The notes beneath the pieces were generated by a model. That model made no database searches, was not told where the DNA came from, and worked only from the letters and a program-made list of their open reading frames with translations. From assembly GCA_963737905.1 (NCBI GenBank), contig CAVTUQ010000002.1, forward strand, positions 320,001-384,000: a stretch of DNA of 64,000 nt, read 5' to 3'. This stretch comes from an uncultured delta proteobacterium. GTDB taxonomy: Bacteria; Desulfobacterota; Binatia; UBA9968. Below, piece after piece: positions 9,690 through 16,921 of the stretch (its first letter is position 1; each line of letters begins with the position of its first letter). The translations under genes and the position numbers were made by a program.

Positions 9690-9971
9690 ACCGGAGGGAC
9701 TGCGGGCGGTATCGGCAGGAACGAGCGCTCGTGATGGAGCTATTGCATCGATACAGCGAGCTTAAGGTCTCGGTGGTTTACCGTGTCTCCGACGGCTTGA
9801 ACGGTTTGAACGGATTGAACTGTTTGAACGAGCAACGCTCATTGCCGAGCGGTTTAAAGGTTTGGATGAGGATTTGGTGAACCGCGATCGCAGAGTGATC
9901 CGGAAAAGATCGCGACTGAATCGAAGATTCGAAGTGGTTTCAGGATCTCGCGACGGTAATTGCTTGACCCC
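9690..9971 (+). repeat. transposase 3'-end remnant, copy 4 (with the 66-nt insert)
   Basis: GRYRQERALVMELLHRYSELK[VSVVYRVSDGLNGLNGLNCLNE]QR...; ends TTGACCCC. Confidence 0.85.
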
Positions 9972-10091
9972 ATGCCTCAATGAGTCGCTCGACCTCCGGA
10001 TTTTCGAAGATCCTAACGATAACTTTGTCCAACTAGTCAACATGTCCCTATTCTCCATCCGGTTCAGTCAAGCTTATCTCGTCAAGGCCTA

Positions 10092-11301
10092 AATTTCCCT
10101 CGACTTAGCAAATCGGCTTTTATAATGTGAGCTGTGACCGGTTTCGGTGCCTGCTCGATTTTTTGTTTCCAGGAGGAACTGAACAATGAAAAAAATCATC
10201 GTGTCGATGATCTCGCCACTGCTGATCGGCGTGTTGCTGCTTACCGCTCCATCGACGTTCGCCCTAGATAAAGTCAACGTTACTCTGCCATCCAGGTCGT
10301 TTCAGTTCATCATCTTTCCGCTCGCCAAGGAGCAGGGTTATATGAGGGAGGAAGGAATCGATCTTAATATCGTCGTCATGGCGTCCACCCCTAGCCTTCA
10401 AGCCGTGCTGGCCGGAGAAATGGATTTCACCGGTTCCGGGAGCGGCGCTCTAGTCGCTGTCGCTAAAGGTAATGCTCCGTTCAAAACCGTGTTGGCGGTC
10501 ACCGACCAGGTGCTGCAGTGGCTCGTCGTGCGGCCGGAGTACAGTGCTTTCAAAGAACTAAAAAATAAGAAGATCGCCGTGACCGGGGTCGCCACGGTGG
10601 CGCCGTTCATGTTGAAGAGGATCGCTCTAAAATACGGTCTCGACGGCAACAGGGATTTTACGTTTATCGCGCTGCCGCCTGGTCAACGCCTCACGGCGCT
10701 CCAATCGGGAGCCGTGGATGCCGGCCTATTGAGCTCGGAGGAACGCTTTGCTGCTCTCGATCTCGGTATGAAAGAGATCTTGTATCTGGGCAAAGAGGTG
10801 AAAAATTCTTGGGGCACAGTGGCGACCACCGATCAATTTATCAAAGCCAAACCAAAGGTGACGCATGGTTTCATGCGTGCCCTCCTTAAATCCCTGCGCC
10901 TCGTCAAGCAGAACCGCGAGATCGCGATGGACACCATGATGAAATTTTCAGGGTTAACCAAGGAATTGGCGGCGCGGACATACGACGGCATGATCGGAAC
11001 CTTTACAACCAACGGCGTGGTCGACGAAGAGACGCAGAGAAACGATCTCGACATCGTTCGCGAGGTCTTCAATATATCAAAGGAGGTGCCCATCGAGCGG
11101 GCCTACGATTTCAGGTTCGCAAAGAAGGCGGACAGCGAGCTGACACAAGAAGGCTGGAAACCTTAGAAACTTTTTCACGGTCGGACTTGGTCGGACTATC
11201 GAATGATCCAAAGCATCGACGCCGAAGCGCTAATCAAGCAAGCAGCGGATGATCGCCGGGTGGTTTGTAGGTTTGGATGAGGATTTGGTGAACCGCGATC
11301 G
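10092..11301 (+). repeat. 1210-bp near-identical direct repeat, copy 1 (upstream region + SBP gene + 5' part of the remnant)
   Basis: Matches 15617-16826 at a constant offset of 5525; one synonymous difference seen (CTC vs CTG). Confidence 0.92.
10186..11166 (+). CDS. ABC substrate-binding protein, SsuA/NMT1-like
   Basis: Signal peptide; AKEQGY..EEGID; LKNKKIAV; RL.AL.SG.VDAG; RBS AGGAGG. Confidence 0.9.
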   Translation: MKKIIVSMISPLLIGVLLLTAPSTFALDKVNVTLPSRSFQFIIFPLAKEQGYMREEGIDLNIVVMASTPSLQAVLAGEMDFTGSGSGALVAVAKGNAPFKTVLAVTDQVLQWLVVRPEYSAFKELKNKKIAVTGVATVAPFMLKRIALKYGLDGNRDFTFIALPPGQRLTALQSGAVDAGLLSSEERFAALDLGMKEILYLGKEVKNSWGTVATTDQFIKAKPKVTHGFMRALLKSLRLVKQNREIAMDTMMKFSGLTKELAARTYDGMIGTFTTNGVVDEETQRNDLDIVREVFNISKEVPIERAYDFRFAKKADSELTQEGWKP

Positions 11302-11396
11302 TAGAGCGATCCGGGAAAGGATCGAGACCCAACCGAAGTTCGGAAAGTGGTTTCAGGATCTCACCAGGTTAAGTACTTGAGTTACGATTTGACCGC
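11197..11396 (+). repeat. transposase 3'-end remnant, copy 5
   Basis: YRMIQSIDAEALIKQAAD, then a deletion, then GLDEDLVNRDRRAIRERIETQPKFGKWFQDLTRLST*, ending GATTTGACCGCTAG. Confidence 0.85.
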
Positions 11397-11907
11397 TAGC
11401 GATCGCCCTGCACCATTTTTTGCTCCACGGTTCATTAGATGATAGACAGCTCCGGGACACTGGATACGAAGCGGCCGTGGCATAAGACGGTGAGTACCAC
11501 AGATTGTCAACAAAAGATTTGACCACTCTAGGACCTTTTAGAGGAGAGTCCATCTGACCCCCTTTTTCATCCACTTTTTTCATCCAAAAATCGAGCATCT
11601 CCCTTTTCCCTTGCCATCATTGGCCGGGAACCAATGTGGTAACTTTGTGTCAATTCTCTCCGCTATTCTTTCACCCGGCAAAAGATCCAGCGAAATTTTC
11701 TTGTCGGACTGTTCTCGATGGCCTAAAATTCGTCACCATGATCGAAATTCGGATATGGATTTTCCGATCTCGGAGAATCTGACGCAAGAAGCTGATCTGC
11801 TCTCATCAACCTCTTGAGATTGCAAAATTGTCGGCGTGTTCATACGGCTTATATCAAATAAAATATCATGTCTGACCCAGTGTCCAGTGTCTGACCCCGC
11901 TCGCCCA

Positions 11908-12780
11908 ATGCTTCGCTCCAGAAACGTCTTCGCAATTTTTCTGGCACTGCTGACCGGCTGTGCTAACGCGCCGCGGGTGGATCTGGCGGCGCCACTCCCT
12001 CGCATTCGCTACCTGCTAACGTTCGACGACGGTCCAAGCAGTGCGTCGTCGCGTAACTCCACGGCCAGTATCGCAGATACGCTCGTGCAGAACCCGACAC
12101 AAAAGGGAATCAAAGCGATATTTTTCGTGCAAACGCGAGCCCGCACGGCGGGAGGTTCCGATACCGGAAAAAAGTTAATGCAGCGTCTGTTCGCGGAGGG
12201 TCACGTCCTCGGCTTGCATAGCGGTTCGGCCCGCGGCCACGTCAGCCATCGAGCGATGGAATCTTCCGAACTCGTCGTCTCACTCGCGGACGGTATGGCC
12301 GACATTGCCTCTGTCACCGGAGAGCCGCCGTCTTTGGTGCGGCCCCCGTTTTGGGCTTTCAGTTCCGTCACGCTGGACGCGTACCGGCAATCGGGTCTGT
12401 CCATGATACTCACCGATATCTCGAACCGCGACGGCGGGCCGTTCTTGTTTCAGGCGAATCCCACCGACGGCGGCACCATCCGCAATGATTTGGTACGCTT
12501 TCGAGAACGCTTGCGAGCGAGCGAGGTTCCACTCGTGGATGGCATAGCACCGGTGATTGTTACGTTTCACGATACCAATAACTACACAGCCGCGCATTTG
12601 TCTGACTATCTGGCGACGCTTGTCAGCGCTGCAAGTGACGTCCGGCTCGGCATGGCGGATCCACCGTATTATAATGATCGCGCAACCCTGCTCGCGGCCG
12701 CGCAAACAAGAAGCGGTGACACGGCCAGTCGTCGTGATATGGTTCCCTGGCCCTGGAACCTGATTTGGGCCGTACACTAA
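11908..12780 (+). CDS. polysaccharide deacetylase (NodB/CE4) lipoprotein
   Basis: Lipobox LLTGC; LTFDDGP; HS....H; RPPF; TFHD. Confidence 0.88.
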   Translation: MLRSRNVFAIFLALLTGCANAPRVDLAAPLPRIRYLLTFDDGPSSASSRNSTASIADTLVQNPTQKGIKAIFFVQTRARTAGGSDTGKKLMQRLFAEGHVLGLHSGSARGHVSHRAMESSELVVSLADGMADIASVTGEPPSLVRPPFWAFSSVTLDAYRQSGLSMILTDISNRDGGPFLFQANPTDGGTIRNDLVRFRERLRASEVPLVDGIAPVIVTFHDTNNYTAAHLSDYLATLVSAASDVRLGMADPPYYNDRATLLAAAQTRSGDTASRRDMVPWPWNLIWAVH

Positions 12781-12870
12781 TGCAGGCGGGCGGATGCAGT
12801 CGTATTCACCTGCACGCTGGGCAAAGAAGAAATGAGCTAGTCCGGGATGCCGCCAGAAATCCAAAAGATC

Positions 12871-12937
12871 TTGCCTGCCACCCCTCCAACGTCAGCCGGG
12901 CGCTGCAGAGGAGTTAGTAGACTTAGGCAAGTCTGAC
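12871..12937 (+). repeat. second-family transposase-like 3'-end remnant (ACHPSNVSRALQ.S*...GGCAAGTCTGAC), copy A
   Basis: About 67-bp direct repeat with 14017-14083. Confidence 0.75.
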
Positions 12938-12951
12938 GGTATTCAATTTGC

Positions 12952-13209
12952 CTCATCAAGTTTGGTGTAGTGCGTCCGGGCGCCGTTGCCGGAGAGAATT
13001 TCAGCTCCCTGTTCGATGCCTGTGAAGAATTGGCCTTGTCCCAGAAGCTGTCGTGCCTTATCGCGGGAGTGAATACGGCGCGCCAGGAGGCTTACCGCCA
13101 GATGCTTGCGCGCGGCTTTCGCGCCGAACTTTTAGGAGTGGCGATGGAGAAGCCGAACGAAGCGGGTTATAACCGACCGGGTGTTTATCTCATTGACGAT
13201 TGGCGCTAG
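12952..13209 (+). pseudogene. C-terminal fragment of a GNAT-family acetyltransferase
   Basis: IKFGVVRPG...LIAGVNTARQEAYRQML..GFR...GYNRPGVYLIDDWR*; no 5' half, begins just after repeat A. Confidence 0.65.
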
Positions 13210-13419
13210 TGAATGGCGCCTAGCAAAACAGTATGGCAAAAAATAAAGCAAAGCCCGTCCCGCGATTAGAAACACTTCGAACATTTGTTGATCAGCAAGC
13301 CGAAGCAAATCACCGTTCAGGGTACGACTCCAACCCTTCTCGTAAACTGTCGTGATTGTGTGTGAGTTTAGAAAATCGCGCAGAGGCACAGGAGTGCCTT
13401 GATCGAAGAGAACCCGCAT
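13132..13419 (-). pseudogene. truncated DUF5615 PIN-like toxin
   Basis: MRVLFDQGTPVPLR..L..H...T..E.GW....NGDLL..A....FEVFL, after which similarity is lost. Confidence 0.75.
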
Positions 13420-13424
13420 GGTCC

Positions 13425-13649
13425 TCAGTGCGCTTCTGTTTGTAAGCTACGCTGAGCGTGCTCTAGCACTGCTTCAGCCATTTCTCTGGAGACCCCAGGA
13501 AACCAGGAAAGGAAATCGTCGATCCGCGCGCCGCTTTCAAAATTTTCGAACAGCGCTTTAACTGGCACTCGCGTACCACGAAATACCCAGGCACCACTAA
13601 CCCGGTCAGGATCGCGCTCGACAGCAGGGCAAGAAGACCAATCCAGCAT
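13425..13649 (-). CDS. DUF433 antitoxin
   Basis: DWSSCPAVERDP.RVSGAWVFRGTRVPVKALFEN...G..IDDFL.WFPGV. Confidence 0.9.
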   Translation of the reverse strand: MLDWSSCPAVERDPDRVSGAWVFRGTRVPVKALFENFESGARIDDFLSWFPGVSREMAEAVLEHAQRSLQTEAH

Positions 13650-13710
13650 GGTTAAAGGTTAGCCGGATTTCACCCCATCGGCAAGTTCCCGCGGTACCCA
13701 GCTGAAAAGG

Positions 13711-13994
13711 TTACCAGGAAACGGGAGCGGTATCGGCAGGAACGAGCGTTAGTGAGCTATTGTATCGGTACGGCGAGCTTAAGGTCTCGGTGGTTTACCG
13801 TGCCTCCAGACGGCTTGAACGGATTGAACTGTTTGAACGAGCAACGGCTCATTGCCGGGCGATTTGGAGGTTGGACAAGGGTTTGGTGAGCCGCGATCGT
13901 AGAGCGATCCACGGAAAGATCGAGACTGAACCGAAGATCCGAGAGTGGTTTCAGGATCTCACCAGGCTAAGTGCTTAAGTCAAGATTTGACTTC
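13711..13994 (+). repeat. transposase 3'-end remnant, copy 6 (with a shorter TTGAAC insert)
   Basis: ...GLVSRDRRAIHGKIETEPKIREWFQDLTRLSA*, then GTCAAGATTTGACTTCTAG. Confidence 0.87.
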
Positions 13995-14016
13995 TAGCGG
14001 CTCCTGGCCGATTTTT

Positions 14017-14083
14017 TTGCCTGCCACCCGTCCAACGTCAGCCGGGCGCTGCAGAAGAGTTAGTAGATTTAGGCAAGTCTGAC
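14017..14083 (+). repeat. second-family 3'-end remnant, copy B
   Basis: LADFFACHPSNVSRALQKS*...GGCAAGTCTGAC. Confidence 0.75.
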
Positions 14084-14147
14084 ATAGCTATCCCTAGCTA
14101 TCCCTCTTCCGCCCCCTTGATTTTCCGTTCTCTTAATCTTCTGACGT

Positions 14148-14195
14148 CTTGAACGATTTGAACAGAGCGTAGCGGTTAAACGCTTTGAACGCGCT
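14148..14195. repeat. TTGAAC-type REP-like repeat
   Basis: CTTGAACGATTTGAACAGAGCGTAGCGGTTAAACGCTTTGAACG. Confidence 0.5.
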
Positions 14196-14343
14196 CAGTC
14201 CTGAGCACAAGATTTTGTTTCCTCGCCAGCCACTTTTCAGTTTAACAATTCGCTCAGTCAATATAGTTCTCTTGGTGGTGCGTGATTAGTGATCAGAAAC
14301 CCCATGCGACTCTTGCTCGGCATGAAAGACGGTACGGCGTGGA

Positions 14344-14664
14344 TCACGAGACATGCAGAGAGGCGTTGTCTTTTTTGCCTTGATGCGGCTTAACTACGAT
14401 TTCCACATCTTGACCGAGCGCCACCAGGAATCGCAACAAGCGTTCCACCGAGAATTGCCGAAATTCCCCGCGAAGCATCTTTGAAACATCGGGCTGCCGG
14501 ATACCCAACAACGCGGCCACCTCGACTTGTTTGAGACCGCGTTCTTTCATGATCCCATCGATCTTCCAAACGAGTTTCGCCTTAACGAGATGTTCCTCTG
14601 CGTCGGGCAGCCCGAGGTCCTTAAAGACATTTCCGCTGCTTTTTTCGTAGCGCCTGCTGTTCAT
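14344..14664 (-). CDS. higA: HigA-like XRE/HTH_37 antitoxin
   Basis: SSGNVFKDLGLPDAEE...KAKL...RGLKQ.EVA.LLGI.QPDVS....G....FSVERL. Confidence 0.9.
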   Translation of the reverse strand: MNSRRYEKSSGNVFKDLGLPDAEEHLVKAKLVWKIDGIMKERGLKQVEVAALLGIRQPDVSKMLRGEFRQFSVERLLRFLVALGQDVEIVVKPHQGKKDNASLHVS

Positions 14665-15029
14665 GACATCATCTCCTTTGCGATCCGTTCCGCTTCGCGC
14701 AGTCGTTGCCTGATTAACTCGATATCCCGGCGCGGTGTTTCGCGCCCCGTTTTTGATTTCTTTTGAAAGGCATGCAACATAAACAAGACATCTGCATATT
14801 TCAAAGTGTATACGGCGCGGAACGTATCGCCCCGATAGTCTTCAATGATCTCCAGCACCCCCGCTCCACCAAAGCCGCTTAACGCCTTTGCATCACGATG
14901 TTTGCCGCCGGTCTGGGCAATCCACAGGGCATATCCCATGCGATGCTGTACATCCTCGGGAAATTCTCGCAAATCCTTGCGGCTTGATCCAATCCAGATC
15001 AGAGGTTTAGGTGACGGCTCATCAATCAC
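14661..15029 (-). CDS. higB: HigB-like RelE-superfamily (Gp49-like) toxin
   Basis: KPLIWIGSSRKDLREFP..V...MGYAL..AQ.G....AK.L.GFG.AGVLEI...GDTFRAVY...LHAFQKKS. Confidence 0.9.
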   Translation of the reverse strand: MIDEPSPKPLIWIGSSRKDLREFPEDVQHRMGYALWIAQTGGKHRDAKALSGFGGAGVLEIIEDYRGDTFRAVYTLKYADVLFMLHAFQKKSKTGRETPRRDIELIRQRLREAERIAKEMMS

Positions 15030-15037
15030 TTAGTCAC

Positions 15038-15066
15038 AATATAGTGAATTCACCATATTAGGTCAA
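15038..15066 (-). promoter_or_regulatory. higBA promoter with an overlapping palindromic operator
   Basis: Minus strand TTGACC-17nt-TATATT; palindrome AATAT(A)GTGAATTCAC(C)ATATT at 15038-15059; start codon 8 nt downstream. Confidence 0.7.
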
Positions 15067-15185
15067 GATAACCCTAAAAGCATTGCATCGACCGAGCACT
15101 TTGGAACTAGCGGATGATCCCGGATGCCAACGAGAGTGCTGGGCCCGACCGGACCTGCACTACATTGCTAGACCCCATGGTTTTG

Positions 15186-15322
15186 CTCGCAAATCGCTGA
15201 TCGCGATCGACGAAAAAATTATTCCCAGCATCAACCAAATTGCAAAATCGAAAAGAGTTACATCTGCGAAGCTCATCAATCAATGGTTGCGAGAAAAGAT
15301 CGCAACGTCAAAGCGGGCCTGA
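15186..15322 (+). pseudogene. 3' fragment of a CopG/ribbon-helix-helix antitoxin
   Basis: RKSLIAIDEKII..INQIAKSK.VTSAKLINQWLREKI*; no proper start. Confidence 0.55.
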
Positions 15323-15355
15323 TCATTCGGTCAAGCGCGAAGAATGGGATAGGGT

Positions 15356-15489
15356 GCGGTTTAGCGGTTTGGATGGAGCTTTGGTGAGCCGCGACCGCAG
15401 ACCGATCCGGAAAAAATCGAGACTGAACCGAAGATCCGAAAGTGCTTTCAGGATCTCACCAGGCCAAGTACTTGAGTCAATGTTTGGCC
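15356..15489 (+). repeat. transposase 3'-end remnant, copy 7
   Basis: RFSGLDGALVSRDRRPIR...CAGGATCTCACCAGGCCAAGTACTTGAGTCAATGTTTGGCC. Confidence 0.85.
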
Positions 15490-15616
15490 GTTTTGGCTTA
15501 TGTTCGCACTCACAATTAGTAATGTTGGATTGCAACACCTAATGGTAGACCTCAGGTCTGAAATATCCTGCCGAATGCAGATTCTTCCGAATATCAAATC
15601 CCGTCGTCAAGCATTG

Positions 15617-16826
15617 AATTTCCCTCGACTTAGCAAATCGGCTTTTATAATGTGAGCTGTGACCGGTTTCGGTGCCTGCTCGATTTTTTGTTTCCAGGAG
15701 GAACTGAACAATGAAAAAAATCATCGTGTCGATGATCTCGCCACTGCTGATCGGCGTGTTGCTGCTTACCGCTCCATCGACGTTCGCCCTAGATAAAGTC
15801 AACGTTACTCTGCCATCCAGGTCGTTTCAGTTCATCATCTTTCCGCTCGCCAAGGAGCAGGGTTATATGAGGGAGGAAGGAATCGATCTTAATATCGTCG
15901 TCATGGCGTCCACCCCTAGCCTTCAAGCCGTGCTGGCCGGAGAAATGGATTTCACCGGTTCCGGGAGCGGCGCTCTAGTCGCTGTCGCTAAAGGTAATGC
16001 TCCGTTCAAAACCGTGTTGGCGGTCACCGACCAGGTGCTGCAGTGGCTCGTCGTGCGGCCGGAGTACAGTGCTTTCAAAGAACTAAAAAATAAGAAGATC
16101 GCCGTGACCGGGGTCGCCACGGTGGCGCCGTTCATGTTGAAGAGGATCGCTCTAAAATACGGTCTCGACGGCAACAGGGATTTTACGTTTATCGCGCTGC
16201 CGCCTGGTCAACGCCTCACGGCGCTGCAATCGGGAGCCGTGGATGCCGGCCTATTGAGCTCGGAGGAACGCTTTGCTGCTCTCGATCTCGGTATGAAAGA
16301 GATCTTGTATCTGGGCAAAGAGGTGAAAAATTCTTGGGGCACAGTGGCGACCACCGATCAATTTATCAAAGCCAAACCAAAGGTGACGCATGGTTTCATG
16401 CGTGCCCTCCTTAAATCCCTGCGCCTCGTCAAGCAGAACCGCGAGATCGCGATGGACACCATGATGAAATTTTCAGGGTTAACCAAGGAATTGGCGGCGC
16501 GGACATACGACGGCATGATCGGAACCTTTACAACCAACGGCGTGGTCGACGAAGAGACGCAGAGAAACGATCTCGACATCGTTCGCGAGGTCTTCAATAT
16601 ATCAAAGGAGGTGCCCATCGAGCGGGCCTACGATTTCAGGTTCGCAAAGAAGGCGGACAGCGAGCTGACACAAGAAGGCTGGAAACCTTAGAAACTTTTT
16701 CACGGTCGGACTTGGTCGGACTATCGAATGATCCAAAGCATCGACGCCGAAGCGCTAATCAAGCAAGCAGCGGATGATCGCCGGGTGGTTTGTAGGTTTG
16801 GATGAGGATTTGGTGAACCGCGATCG
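15617..16826 (+). repeat. 1210-bp near-identical direct repeat, copy 2
   Basis: Matches 10092-11301. Confidence 0.92.
15711..16691 (+). CDS. ABC substrate-binding protein, SsuA/NMT1-like (same protein as 10186-11166)
   Basis: Identical 326-aa translation. Confidence 0.9.
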   Translation: MKKIIVSMISPLLIGVLLLTAPSTFALDKVNVTLPSRSFQFIIFPLAKEQGYMREEGIDLNIVVMASTPSLQAVLAGEMDFTGSGSGALVAVAKGNAPFKTVLAVTDQVLQWLVVRPEYSAFKELKNKKIAVTGVATVAPFMLKRIALKYGLDGNRDFTFIALPPGQRLTALQSGAVDAGLLSSEERFAALDLGMKEILYLGKEVKNSWGTVATTDQFIKAKPKVTHGFMRALLKSLRLVKQNREIAMDTMMKFSGLTKELAARTYDGMIGTFTTNGVVDEETQRNDLDIVREVFNISKEVPIERAYDFRFAKKADSELTQEGWKP

Positions 16827-16921
16827 CAGAGCGATCCGGGAAAAGATTGAGACTGAACCGAAGATCCGAAAGTAGTTTCAGTATCTCACCAGGCTAAGTA
16901 CTTAAGTCAAGATTTGATCCC
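16722..16921 (+). repeat. transposase 3'-end remnant, copy 8
   Basis: ...CTCACCAGGCTAAGTACTTAAGTCAAGATTTGATCCCTA. Confidence 0.87.

Noticed and set aside
9975-10050. FEDPNDNFVQLV, resembling a glyoxalase C-terminus
   Set aside because: Too short to support a call; at most a cargo scar.
4547-16921. CRISPR array or classical integron
   Set aside because: The repeats are 110-370 bp, degenerate and kilobases apart. I saw no cas genes, no intI and no attC-type RYYYAAC...GTTRRRY hairpins.
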